The notes under the pieces: model-generated | Told to the model about the DNA's origin: nothing | Databases searched by the model: none | What the model saw: the letters and a program-made list of their open reading frames with translations, nothing else | Shown: piece by piece, positions 10,000 to 20,108 of the stretch | Layout of the letters: every line of letters begins with the position of its first letter | How positions within the stretch are numbered: the first letter of the stretch is position 1 | Position numbers and translations under genes: made by a program | Origin: Bacteroidales bacterium | GTDB lineage: Bacteria > Bacteroidota > Bacteroidia > Bacteroidales > UBA4417 | NCBI GenBank assembly: GCA_038213495.1 | Contig: JBBQSY010000003.1 | Span: 2,455 to 66,454, forward strand | Reading direction: 5' to 3' | DNA length: 64,000 nt

Positions 10000-10307
10000 G
10001 TTTTGACGGTCCATAATTATTTATGCGGATATATAAAGTCGATAAGAAAAACTTTGAATAAGGATATAGATAAGCGGGCTGCAGTTCTGCAAATCCCATC
10101 CTGATTTTCTTTTCTGTTATTAATGTCTGGATAACGGATGTAAATGTAAATCAGCGGAGCGGGATAAAATATTTCAAATAGGATCAAATAGAACAAGGCA
10201 TGAAACCTGCCGGAGCAATTTTAGAAATAGGAATGGAATTATTGATGAATTACAGAAACGAAATGGGCAGAAGAGAATGAAAACTTTAAAAACTCCGGTT
10301 TGTTGGG

Positions 10308-11168
10308 TTACCCTGGCCAGGCAAGTGCCAGTCCACCCAGTATCATAAGCACTAAAGCAAACAGGTGCTTCGGGTTTAGCTTATCTTTAAATACGATACC
10401 GCCCGCTGCTACGGTAAGCACGGGAGCCGCAATGCCAGTTACTGAGGCCAGGAACGGATCGGCTGTTTTAAGTCCCAGTGTTCCGGTAAGGATGGCCGCA
10501 AATATTACCAGTGCCATAATAATTGTATTGCGGGTTGTGATTCTTTGGGGCGTATCATCAGTAATTTTTTTTCGCAGCAAAAATGAAGCAAGGGCCGTTA
10601 CTGTTAAAACAACAACCTCCTGGGTCGTAATAACCGCAAGGGGAGGAAATATTTTAAGACATTCCCACATAATAAGCAGGGAAATGGAAAAGCTCAGGGT
10701 CATGCCTGCCAGTAAAAGGTGCTGACTGAGTATAACCGGTTCGCTCTGTGCCTGGCGTTTTTCGTTAAGCAGGAAAACCAGGTAACCGGCAATGATCAGC
10801 AAGGCTCCCAATATAGTTTTAAATAAAACAGGTGCTTCGCCGAAAGCATAGGTATAAGCGGCTGCAATAAAGGTTCCAAGCAGCGAATAATACCCCATGC
10901 GCACCAGGCTGCCACTTTTCAGGAAAGTAACCATCATCACAAGCCCTGCCACCCCGAATAAGGAGCCGGCTAATACCAATAACGCTTTTGGATTTTGAAT
11001 AAAGCTTATCGCATCCACCTTTGTGAACCAGATGGCTGCAAAAGCAATAGCTACCGTAAAAATTGCCCTGCGGCTGATCAGGCGAAGCGGGTTTTCATTT
11101 TTTACAAATATTTTCCAAAGTACATTGTTTATGGCATAGAGAGAAACGGAGAGAAAAAGCCAGTACAT
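10308..11168 (-). CDS. EamA/DMT-family transporter
   Basis: About 10 TM helices in two repeats; C-terminal GGIVFKDKL..LFALVLMILG pattern. Confidence 0.75.
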   Translation of the reverse strand: MYWLFLSVSLYAINNVLWKIFVKNENPLRLISRRAIFTVAIAFAAIWFTKVDAISFIQNPKALLVLAGSLFGVAGLVMMVTFLKSGSLVRMGYYSLLGTFIAAAYTYAFGEAPVLFKTILGALLIIAGYLVFLLNEKRQAQSEPVILSQHLLLAGMTLSFSISLLIMWECLKIFPPLAVITTQEVVVLTVTALASFLLRKKITDDTPQRITTRNTIIMALVIFAAILTGTLGLKTADPFLASVTGIAAPVLTVAAGGIVFKDKLNPKHLFALVLMILGGLALAWPG

Positions 11169-11229
11169 CGTCGGGAATAGGAGTTAGATTAGATACTTTA
11201 AGAACAGAACTTACCAACATGTTGTCATT

Positions 11230-11257
11230 CCCTGCCTGCTGACGCAGTCAGGCAGGG
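11230..11257. repeat. Short CCTGCCTG-type palindrome
   Basis: ccctgcctg-ctgacgcagt-caggcaggg. Confidence 0.65.
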
Positions 11258-11286
11258 TAAATTGCAGAAGGGAAACAGGCTTAATA

Positions 11287-11373
11287 ATTTACGATTTTAG
11301 ATTTACGAAGTACGATTGAGTGAATTTACATTTCTTATTCGTAAAACATCCTGATTATTCGTAAATCGTCAAT
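11287..11373. repeat. Inverted tttacga/tcgtaaa heptamer element
   Basis: atttacg attttag atttacg aagtacg att ... attcgtaaa...attcgtaaatcgtcaat. Confidence 0.7.
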
Positions 11374-11471
11374 TTCTTTTTCCAGCAGGGCTTTTTCCTC
11401 AAAAGGAAAAACGTAGTGTCTTAACAGCAATATTCATTTGTTTTTTGTTAAAATATTTTTAGTCAGATCTT

Positions 11472-11644
11472 GAAATATCGAATGATGAACAGGGAATCAT
11501 GAAGGCAGAAGTTATGAACCATATTATTGATTCCTGATGATCTAAAAATTATTATTGAGCTGTGTGATTTACTTCATGATTCTTTATTCCTTGCTTGCTT
11601 CGCGCAGGTATACTGCAGGCAAGCTTGTTCGTATTCGGTATTCA
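11472..11644. repeat. Inverted heptamer-type element with a nested palindrome (11593..11624)
   Basis: gaatgatgaacagggaatcatgaaggcagaagt ... acttcatgattctttattccttg[cttgcttcgcgcaggtatactgcaggcaag]cttgttcgtattcggtattc. Confidence 0.6.
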
Positions 11645-11662
11645 GACACTTTCAGAATCTGT

Positions 11663-12904
11663 TCAGGAGATATTATTCAGTTTTAGTTCCCTCATTACCA
11701 TTTCCGAAACCGCTTCGAAATCGCTCATAATACTGTTTCGCCAAAACAAATCAACAAGCAGGGGATTGAACTTGCTGAGTTTCAATGAGGCTTCCTGTAG
11801 TTTTGTTTGATTATACAAATTATATGCCTGGTAAATAATGAGCTGGTTGTTGTGGATCCGGCTGAAAACATCAGTACTTTTCCCTTTTTGTTCGGGTATC
11901 AGGGCAAGAATTTCTGCAAGCAGCCCATCACACCTGTTTTTAAACAGCATCCGGCACAAAATAATGCTGATCAGAATTTTATCGTTCTCGATCAGGCTGT
12001 TAATAAAAGTTACAACACTACGCCGGACCACCTCCAGCTCTCCTGGTTTCTCCAGGGCTTCGATAAGCAAAATGGCGAATCTTCGGGCCCTGGGAATGGG
12101 GTGTATAGTATCGTTATCCTTGAAATTCCGAACCTTTAGTACCCATTTGCTTACCACCTGGTTGTTATCAATGGCATGCTGGTACATAAGGCAATTGTAA
12201 AACAGCAGGGCTTCGGGTGTTTGCTTATACTGGTGGTAAACCTGCAACAGGTCGTAGTAATATCCGTTCAGGTTGTCTTCATCCACATACCATTCAACCA
12301 GGTACGACTGGGCTTTGGGATCAGCGCCGTAAAAGGGGATTAGCTCAGTCATTAGACCGGATTGCAGCAGGCTGATTACCAGGGTGTGCGATAAAAAATA
12401 AATTTTGTGGAAGTGCTTCAGGTTTTCGAATACTGCCAGTACCGAAAAAATGTCCTTTAAAAAGTTGATGTCGCGGTTTGCAATGGCTACCTGGATAAGA
12501 GCATCCACAAATGAAACCAGATATGGGTTTTCACGATTTTCGGCCAGGATCTGTTCTATAAGCGGCCGATCCATGATCCCGTTCATCCGTAGCATCGAAA
12601 TATAATGCTCTATTTCAAACTGCAATTCGAATGTTTCGTTATGGTTAAAATCCTCCCAGCCGTCAAATCCAATGGCTTTGCAAATCAATCCCAGCGTTGC
12701 CTCTGTAGGCTTTGTTGTTGTATTGAACTGGAAAACCCTGCGCAAGGTGCTTTTACTGAGTAATTCTCCGGTTTGTTTAAATATAAAATCGGATAAAACC
12801 TCAAAGTTATTATTGGAATGCAACGAAAACCCCACGGTATTTTCCACCATGGACCGGAGTTGTTCAATACGTTCAGGATGAATTGAGTAAACACCTTTTG
12901 GCAT
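11663..12904 (-). CDS. Putative transcriptional regulator (N-terminal HTH-like, C-terminal alpha-helical domain)
   Basis: LSDFIFKQTGELLSKSTLRRVF..KPTEATLGLICKAIGFDGWEDF is a Bacteroidota HTH-like N-terminus; the rest looks helical/TPR-like. Confidence 0.55.
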   Translation of the reverse strand: MPKGVYSIHPERIEQLRSMVENTVGFSLHSNNNFEVLSDFIFKQTGELLSKSTLRRVFQFNTTTKPTEATLGLICKAIGFDGWEDFNHNETFELQFEIEHYISMLRMNGIMDRPLIEQILAENRENPYLVSFVDALIQVAIANRDINFLKDIFSVLAVFENLKHFHKIYFLSHTLVISLLQSGLMTELIPFYGADPKAQSYLVEWYVDEDNLNGYYYDLLQVYHQYKQTPEALLFYNCLMYQHAIDNNQVVSKWVLKVRNFKDNDTIHPIPRARRFAILLIEALEKPGELEVVRRSVVTFINSLIENDKILISIILCRMLFKNRCDGLLAEILALIPEQKGKSTDVFSRIHNNQLIIYQAYNLYNQTKLQEASLKLSKFNPLLVDLFWRNSIMSDFEAVSEMVMRELKLNNIS

Positions 12905-13234
12905 ACTTTAATGTCCTGGTTAGTAGCTTTTAAGAGCTGTATGAAATTTTAAAAAAGGCATGGTTGCGTGAGCAGTAAAGGTAATAATCTTATTCAGGTA
13001 AACCCTAAAATTCAGATTTACTAACTGGTAAAAAAGATATGGGATAAGAAAGGCGATACAATTTGAGGGATAAAATTATTTTTCAAAACAACAGAACAAA
13101 ATCGTATCCTTAATTGTTTAGATAAGCAAATCAGGTAAAACGGTAATAAAATCAATAATTCAACAAACACTTTGGTTTTGAGAAATATATTTCAGTACTG
13201 TATTTTCCTGTTTTTTATCCCGTTTCAGATTTTC

Positions 13235-13260
13235 TGTAACTTTTCATAAGGGATATCGTC
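13235..13260 (+). promoter_or_regulatory. Possible ECF-sigma promoter
   Basis: tgtaac-N15-tcgtc about 75 nt upstream of the 13336 ATG, matching the generic ECF GTAAC...CGTC pattern. Confidence 0.45.
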
Positions 13261-13335
13261 ATACACTCATTAAAAACAAATTAAGTTAATTTTAAAACTA
13301 CCTCTTAAAAAGTAAAAACATAAAAAACATAAAAA

Positions 13336-13761
13336 ATGAAAAAAACTAAAATTGTAACAACTTTATCAACACTTTACTTAGCGCTATTTATGTCAATGTC
13401 CTCTATGGCAAACTCATATACCGGGCAAACCGGTGATAATGTAAAAACAAATTTTAAAGACCATATTTCCACTGGTACAAACACGGTTGAGGCAGCTTCT
13501 TCAGTAGCTTCTTCAAACAATGATTTTAACCACCTGCGTTTTGATGTAAATAAATTTATGAATACTTCAGATATAGAAATATCCGAACTGCCTGCTTCTG
13601 TTGAGTTTGATTATCTTCGTTTTGATGTAAATAATTTCATCGAAGGCAATTCCAATGACCAGATAGAAGTGCCGGTAAACGAATTTGACTACCTGCGATT
13701 CGATATAAAAAAATTTGAAGGGGAAAATACAGTTTCAACAATGGAATTTCCTGCAGAGTAA
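13336..13761 (+). CDS. Secreted acidic protein with three FxxLRFD repeats
   Basis: Signal peptide; DFNHLRFDVNKF, EFDYLRFDVNNF and EFDYLRFDIKKF; followed by a terminator. Confidence 0.8.
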   Translation: MKKTKIVTTLSTLYLALFMSMSSMANSYTGQTGDNVKTNFKDHISTGTNTVEAASSVASSNNDFNHLRFDVNKFMNTSDIEISELPASVEFDYLRFDVNNFIEGNSNDQIEVPVNEFDYLRFDIKKFEGENTVSTMEFPAE

Positions 13762-13791
13762 TTAGTGAATAAATAAATTGATAATTGCCTG

Positions 13792-13830
13792 AATGAAAAA
13801 AGTCCTGCTTATCACAGGACTTTTTTCATT
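13792..13830. terminator. Bidirectional intrinsic terminator
   Basis: aatgaaaaaagtcctg-cttatca-caggacttttttcatt. Confidence 0.85.
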
Positions 13831-14027
13831 TAATTTACTCTAAAATTTAAACTGAGTCTTCATAATTCGAGTATCGTTAATCCTTGTTCTTACTTCATCA
13901 TTTGTGTTTTTGATTTAAGAGCAAGGAATAAAGATTTATTATTTTTAGAAGAAACCTACGATTAAGTCTGCTGTACTACTATCTGAAATTTATAAATGTC
14001 ACAGTTTAAAATTGTTGTTTTGCAAAC

Positions 14028-14924
14028 CTATTTCGCATCAATGATAAAAGGGGCGCTCTTTTTAGTGTCCAAAATAATTAGTTTAGCATTGGGCGATGTG
14101 GCTATGGCTTTGATCATTTCGTATTGGAGTTGTTTATCGCTCAGCCCGGTGCTGAGAATTTTCTGATAGTCGGCAATACCTTGTGCTTCCACACGTTTAC
14201 GCTCGGCTTCCTGTTTTTCTTTCTGAAGTACAAATATCATTTTCTGTGCATCCTGTTCCGCGTTTATTTTCGATTCAATGGTAGTTTTAACCGAGGTTGG
14301 CAAGGTTATATTACGCACCAGTAGTTGTTCAAGTATCAGTCCGCGTGTTTTAAAATCGGTTTCAATGGTTTTAAATATCCTGTCCTGAAATTCATCACGC
14401 TTCGATGAATACAATGCAACAGCATCATAATAAACGGCATTGTCCCTTATTTTAGTCCTGCAAATCGGGCGCACAATGGTATTCCGGTAGTCGGTTCCGA
14501 TTTCTTTTAAAATGCGAGGCGCCTCGTTGGGGAGCACTTTATACAAAACGGTAAGATCGATAATCACTTCCAGTCCGTCGGCCGAAAGCACGCGGATGGC
14601 ATCGTCGCCCGATTTGCTGCCTTCGTCCTGTACGCCCGACATGGTATAGTTCTGGGTGCGGATATCGAACATAACCACTTCAACCAGCGGATTTACGATA
14701 TTTAGTCCGCTTTCGAGCGTGTTGTTGTTCACTTTCCCAAAGAGTTTCTGAACACCTACAAATCCGGGTTCAACCTGCTGTACTGCAGATAAAGCAACAC
14801 CTGCCAGTACCATAACAAATCCCACGATACGGATTATGCCGGAAAAGGGTTTTAAAGGAGAATCCTGCCGGGCAAGCACAAAACCAGCGATAATTGCAAT
14901 AATTCCAATGACAATGAGTGACAT
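14028..14924 (-). CDS. Prohibitin/SPFH-domain membrane protein
   Basis: N-terminal TM, VEPGFVGV, LSADGLEV, coiled-coil AEQDAQK..EAERKRVEAQG. Confidence 0.9.
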   Translation of the reverse strand: MSLIVIGIIAIIAGFVLARQDSPLKPFSGIIRIVGFVMVLAGVALSAVQQVEPGFVGVQKLFGKVNNNTLESGLNIVNPLVEVVMFDIRTQNYTMSGVQDEGSKSGDDAIRVLSADGLEVIIDLTVLYKVLPNEAPRILKEIGTDYRNTIVRPICRTKIRDNAVYYDAVALYSSKRDEFQDRIFKTIETDFKTRGLILEQLLVRNITLPTSVKTTIESKINAEQDAQKMIFVLQKEKQEAERKRVEAQGIADYQKILSTGLSDKQLQYEMIKAIATSPNAKLIILDTKKSAPFIIDAK

Positions 14925-15142
14925 ATTTGTATATTTTAGGGGTTAATAATCACAATCCTGTATATGGCGTAAATATACTACAATTGGCGGATCAATCTAT
15001 TTATTCCCGATTAAATCCAAAATCCGCCGAAACATATAATGGATTAAACTGTTGTGAATGCATAAAATTACAGCTGCTTTTCTTTTAGTGAGAAATGGAT
15101 GCAAACACCGGTAAATGCTGATTTTAAACCAATACCATACCT

Positions 15143-16126
15143 ATGCTTATCATTAAACGAAGTCATACAAATCCATATTTTAATCTTGCCGCTGAAGAGT
15201 ATTTCCTGAAAGAAAGCGACGAGGATATTTTCATGCTCTGGCGAAATGAGCCGGCCATCATTGTAGGCAAGCACCAGAATACACTTTCGGAAATCAATAT
15301 CGAATATGTGAAAGAAAAAAATATCAGCGTTGTGCGTCGGCTCACAGGCGGAGGTGCCGTGTTCCACGATTTGGGAAACCTGAATTTCACTTTTATACAA
15401 TCGGACAAAGATCATACGCTGAACGATTTCCGCAAGTATACCGAGCCCATCCTCGAAGTACTGCTGAACCTTGGGATTGATGCCCGTTTCGAAGGTCGGA
15501 ATGACCTTACCATTGATGGCCGGAAATTTTCGGGAAATGCTGAAATGGTATGGAAAAACCGGGTTTTACACCATGGCACATTGTTGTTTTCTGCACTTAT
15601 GGCCGATCTGAGCCAGGCGCTGAAAGTTGATCCCGAAAAATTCAGGGATAAAGCCGTGAAATCTGTCCGAAGCCGTGTCACCAATATCAGCGAACACCTG
15701 TCAGTACCCATGGATGTGATGCAGTTTTCGGAACTGATACAAAGCCATATCGCAGAAATGTATCCCGATGCCCGTTTTTATGAACTTTCGGATGAAGATC
15801 ACCGGCTTATTGATAAACTTGTGCATGAAAAATACGGTACCTGGGACTGGAACTTCGGGAGTTCGCCGGAGTATAATTTCCGGAAACTGGTACGAACCAT
15901 AAACAGCGGTACGCTGGAATTCTGTATGAATGCCAGGAATGGTATAATCCTACAAACACATATTTACGGCGATTTCTTCTCGCATGCCGATCCAAAAGAA
16001 ATAGAGGATAAACTCGTCGGCATTCCGCACCAGGAAGAAGCCATCCGGAAAGCTGTTTCGACATTCGATATCAGTATGTATTATTCGAAACTCACGGTGG
16101 ATGAGTTTGTGAGTGGATTGTTTTAG
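15143..16126 (+). CDS. lplA: Lipoate-protein ligase A
   Basis: NLAAEE, VRRLTGGGAVFHDLGNLN, GRNDL, KFSGNA, HHGTLL and SVRSRVTNI motifs. Confidence 0.92.
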   Translation: MLIIKRSHTNPYFNLAAEEYFLKESDEDIFMLWRNEPAIIVGKHQNTLSEINIEYVKEKNISVVRRLTGGGAVFHDLGNLNFTFIQSDKDHTLNDFRKYTEPILEVLLNLGIDARFEGRNDLTIDGRKFSGNAEMVWKNRVLHHGTLLFSALMADLSQALKVDPEKFRDKAVKSVRSRVTNISEHLSVPMDVMQFSELIQSHIAEMYPDARFYELSDEDHRLIDKLVHEKYGTWDWNFGSSPEYNFRKLVRTINSGTLEFCMNARNGIILQTHIYGDFFSHADPKEIEDKLVGIPHQEEAIRKAVSTFDISMYYSKLTVDEFVSGLF

Positions 16127-16232
16127 TAAGAGTTTATACTGACTATTTTTATCAAGGTATTGCCTTTTTTATTCAACATCTTCTCTTGCTTTCCGAAAAA
16201 TGTACCTTTGCCTCCATTAATTTTGGAATTAA

Positions 16233-17186
16233 TTGGAACAAGCAACCATCATTCAACGACTTAAACGCAGCGTAACCTCTGCCTTGCCCAATGGCATGAA
16301 AACGGCCTGGTGGCTGATCAAAATTACGGTTCCCGTTTCCTTTGGAGTAATGCTGCTCGACTATTTCGGAATTCTTGCCCTTATGGCGAACTATACCGGC
16401 CCTGTTTTTAAACACATGGGCTTGCCGGGAGTTTCGGCCATTGTGCTTGTAACCAGCATTTTCACCAATATTTATTCGGTTGTTGCGGTGCTTTCGCTGC
16501 TTCAGCTCCCGATGCGCGAAGGGATCATACTGGGTACCATGTGCCTGGTTTCGCACGGATTCCTCATCGAAACCGCTGTAATGAAACGCACCGGTTCATC
16601 AGCAGTGCGCATGCTGTTGCTTCGCCTTACAGGTAGTTTTGTTATTGGCATGATGCTGAACCTTATTATGCCCGGCAGCATGTTGAAAGATATTCATTCG
16701 GTAATACAACACCAGGAAACATTTGGTGCGGCTTTTATGCATTGGCTGAATTCCATTTCACGCACCACGTTTAAAATTCTGGTGCTGGTAAATGTACTCC
16801 TGGTTTTTCAGCGGATACTCGACGAATTTGGCTGGATGACCGCTATCGAAAAGCCATTGGCACCGCTGATGAAACTATTTGGGTTGCCCCGCAGCACAAC
16901 CTTATCATGGTTAGTGGCAAATCTGATAGGGCTGGCTTATGGTTCGGCCATTATGATCGAGGAATCCGAAAAAGGCCGGATGAACCGCGAAGATGCCGAT
17001 TTGCTCAACCACCATGTGTCACTCTCACATTCGCAACTCGAAGATCCCTTGCTGTTTCTTACGCTGGGATATGCCATCCACTGGCTCATCTGGCCCCGGT
17101 TGCTTATTGCAATTGCCTCAGTGTGGCTTCGCAAGGCGGAAATTAAATTCAGGGTTGTATACCGCAGCCGGAGGGCGACCGTTTAA
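16233..17186 (+). CDS. Nucleoside-recognition (Gate) domain membrane protein
   Basis: Two Gate-like repeats (PVFKHMGLPG; PLMKLFGLP..GLAYGSA; SHSQLED). TTG start with a tacctttg -7 box at 16203. Confidence 0.75.
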   Translation: MEQATIIQRLKRSVTSALPNGMKTAWWLIKITVPVSFGVMLLDYFGILALMANYTGPVFKHMGLPGVSAIVLVTSIFTNIYSVVAVLSLLQLPMREGIILGTMCLVSHGFLIETAVMKRTGSSAVRMLLLRLTGSFVIGMMLNLIMPGSMLKDIHSVIQHQETFGAAFMHWLNSISRTTFKILVLVNVLLVFQRILDEFGWMTAIEKPLAPLMKLFGLPRSTTLSWLVANLIGLAYGSAIMIEESEKGRMNREDADLLNHHVSLSHSQLEDPLLFLTLGYAIHWLIWPRLLIAIASVWLRKAEIKFRVVYRSRRATV

Positions 17187-17431
17187 TTTCCAATTTAAAG
17201 ATGCACGTTTACCGGATACTTTACCTTTATTGGCAAGATTCTGTCATCGAAGAACCGAATATACGGGACGATTATACCAGATAAACACCTAACTTTCAGC
17301 AGGATTAAACGGGAAAGTTATTTTAATTTAGCTCTTTCTTCATAACATTTGCATATATTACTACAATTTATAACTTTGCAAGTCTAATATCTCTGAATAA
17401 CAGTTTCAATCACAATAAATTTACTTTTAAA

Positions 17432-19567
17432 ATGAAAGTCTACAAGACAAGTGAAGTAAGGAATATTGCACTTATTGGTGGAGCCAAATCAGGAAAGACT
17501 ACCACTGCCGAAGCAATGCTTTTTGAAGGCGGATTATTAAACCGCCGTGGATCAATTGAGGATAAAAATACCACTTCCGATTATCGCGAGATAGAACTGG
17601 AAAGAGGTAATTCAGTTTGCACCACATTAATGTATGTCGAATTCAATGGCAAGAAGATAAATATCCTGGACACCCCTGGTTTCGATGATTTTATAGGCGA
17701 GGTAGTTGCAGCGCTCCGCGTGGCTGATACTGCTGTTATGCTTGTAAATGCTCAGAACGGAGTGGAGGTTGGAACTGAAATTACATGGAGACAGACCAAT
17801 AAAAACCAGACCCCCGTTATTTTTGGAGTAAACCAGCTCGAACACGAAAAAGCCAATTTCGAGGAAACTATCCGTCAGCTTAAAACGCAGTTCGGCGGGA
17901 ATGTTACTGTTTTGCAATACCCTGTTAACGAAGGTCATAGCTTCAGTTCTATTATCGACCTTCTGCAGATGAAAATGCTTACATATCCTGAAGCCGGAGG
18001 GAAACCTGAAGTGCTGGATATTCCTGCCGGCGAAATGACCAAAGCGGAGAATCTGCAGGGTGAACTTATCGAAAAAGCTGCCGAAGCAGATGAATCTCTT
18101 ATGGAGGCATTTTTCGAAAGCGGAACCCTTACCGAAGCACAACTCGAAAAAGGACTTAAGGCAGGCATCATCAGCCGTGGATTATTCCCTGTTTTCTGTA
18201 TGTCGGCAAAACATAACAAAGGCGTTGGCCGTTTGCTCGAATTTATCTGTTCATCAGCACCGGCTCCCGACGAAATGCCGGCAATACTTACCGAATCAGG
18301 CAAAGAGCTGAAATGCAATTCAGCCGACCCAACATCCTTGCAGGTTGTGAAAATAGCTGTTGAAGAACACCTGGGCGAAATTGCTTTCTTTAAAGTGTAT
18401 GGAGGCGAAGTTACCGAAGCCATGGACCTGGTTAACAGCTCCAACTCAGGCAAGGAACGCATATCGCAGATTTTGCTGATCGCTGGTAAAAAGCGCGAAA
18501 AAGTTGAAAAAGTATGTGCCGGTGATATTGCCGCTACCATCAAACTGAAAAATACCCGCACAGGGGATACCTTGAATTCATATAAAAATGCGGAAGATAA
18601 AATCGTCCCTATCAATTTTCCTTCGCCAAAAATAAGCATGGCCATCAAGCCTAAAAATTCGACCGATGACGAAAAGCTGGGTGCACGCCTCAACGAAATG
18701 CACAAGGTGGATCAAACACTGCTTATCGAGTATTCAAAAGAACTGAAACAGATAATTGTAAAAGGCCAGGGCGAGCTTCACCTCAATATTGCCAAGTGGT
18801 ACCTCGAGCATCTCGATAAAATACCGGTTGAATATATCGCGCCAAAAATTCCTTACCGCGAAACCATTACCAAATCGGCGAAAGCCATGTACCGACACAA
18901 GAAACAATCGGGCGGCGCCGGACAGTTTGGCGAAGTACATATGCTTATCGAGCCGTTTACCGAAGGAATGAAATTCCAGAGCGATTTCCCTATACGCGGC
19001 ACCGACGAACAAACACTTCCTTGGGGCGGAAAACTTGTATTCAACAGTTGTATCGTTGGTGGATCCATTGATGCACGATTCCTGCCGGCTATCCTCAAAG
19101 GGATTATGGAGAAAATTGAAGAAGGCCCGCTCACGGGTTCCTATGCCCGCGATATCGTTGTAAATGTGTACGACGGCAAGATGCACCCAGTCGATTCCAA
19201 CGAACTTGCATTTAAACTGGCAGGACGCCAGGCTTTTAAAGAAGCTTTCAAAAATGCAGGACCTAAAATCCTTGAACCCATTTATAATGTGGAGGTTATG
19301 GTTCCCGCCGAGCGCATGGGCGATGTTATGACTGACTTACAGGGACGCCGCGCCATTATTATGGGGATGGACAGCGAAGGCACCTACCAGGTTATAAAGG
19401 CTAAGATTCCCCTGGCAGAAATGAACCGTTACTCAACCACTCTGAGTTCACTCACATCGGGCAGCGGAACGTATAACCTTGCATTTGGCGAATACGCTCA
19501 GGTTCCACCTGATGTTCAGACAGCCTTGCTTAAAGCTTACGAAGAGCAGGAAAAAGAAGAGGAATAA
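17432..19567 (+). CDS. fusA: Elongation factor G paralog (EF-G2 type)
   Basis: RNIALIG GAKSGKTT, LDTPG, GQGELHL, KKQSGGAGQFG, HPVDS and LEPI motifs. The P-loop deviates from canonical AHIDAGKTT. taactttg -7 box at 17371. Confidence 0.92.
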   Translation: MKVYKTSEVRNIALIGGAKSGKTTTAEAMLFEGGLLNRRGSIEDKNTTSDYREIELERGNSVCTTLMYVEFNGKKINILDTPGFDDFIGEVVAALRVADTAVMLVNAQNGVEVGTEITWRQTNKNQTPVIFGVNQLEHEKANFEETIRQLKTQFGGNVTVLQYPVNEGHSFSSIIDLLQMKMLTYPEAGGKPEVLDIPAGEMTKAENLQGELIEKAAEADESLMEAFFESGTLTEAQLEKGLKAGIISRGLFPVFCMSAKHNKGVGRLLEFICSSAPAPDEMPAILTESGKELKCNSADPTSLQVVKIAVEEHLGEIAFFKVYGGEVTEAMDLVNSSNSGKERISQILLIAGKKREKVEKVCAGDIAATIKLKNTRTGDTLNSYKNAEDKIVPINFPSPKISMAIKPKNSTDDEKLGARLNEMHKVDQTLLIEYSKELKQIIVKGQGELHLNIAKWYLEHLDKIPVEYIAPKIPYRETITKSAKAMYRHKKQSGGAGQFGEVHMLIEPFTEGMKFQSDFPIRGTDEQTLPWGGKLVFNSCIVGGSIDARFLPAILKGIMEKIEEGPLTGSYARDIVVNVYDGKMHPVDSNELAFKLAGRQAFKEAFKNAGPKILEPIYNVEVMVPAERMGDVMTDLQGRRAIIMGMDSEGTYQVIKAKIPLAEMNRYSTTLSSLTSGSGTYNLAFGEYAQVPPDVQTALLKAYEEQEKEEE

Positions 19568-19589
19568 ACCTCAATCAATAAATAAAAGG

Positions 19590-19619
19590 AAAAACCCTGC
19601 TTTTTGAGCGGGGTTTTTT
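19590..19619 (+). terminator. Intrinsic terminator
   Basis: aaaaaccctgc-tttttga-gcggggtttttt. Confidence 0.8.
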
Positions 19620-20034
19620 ATTGTGCAAAAGAACTCTAATATAAACCTGTTGAAATACAAGTTCTCGCAATCTTATATTATGTATTTATCTGACTTGTTG
19701 GTGCAAAAAACAAAAAATGTTTTTACTCAGAAACGCATAGATAGACATATGCCAGCCAAAGGAAAACCATGAAACTAAATAAAAAATAACGATGTCCCAC
19801 ACAGAATTCAGAATGATATTGCAGGTTTTTTGCAAATTGTCAATATTGGAAGACATGTGTTATTCCTGCTCAAATATTCCTTTCAGAAACAGCAAAGTGC
19901 ATAAATTTCTCAATTTTATAGGGAGGGTATTTTGGTACAAATACACTTATGTAATACCAGGCGGATTTAGTTTTCCCCGTTTTATTCCACGGCATATTCT
20001 ACGGGAGAAATAATAGTTAAACACCATCAGATAC

Positions 20035-20070
20035 AAAAAAGAGGGTCTCAATGATTTGAGACCCTCTTTT
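20035..20070 (-). terminator. Intrinsic terminator of the cytochrome gene
   Basis: aaaaaagagggtctcaa-tgat-ttgagaccctctttt. Confidence 0.85.
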
Positions 20071-20108
20071 ACTACAACCGTTATTGAATATAACGTTTAA
20101 ATCTTGTA

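Noticed and set aside
13520-13720. Mimicry of animal RFamide neuropeptides (HLRF/YLRF)
   Set aside because: The motifs are followed by Asp, with no Gly amidation donor or dibasic cleavage sites; the resemblance is probably coincidental.
19792-20013. 73-aa ORF between EF-G2 and the cytochrome
   Set aside because: No motif, AT-rich, and located between two terminators; cannot be supported.
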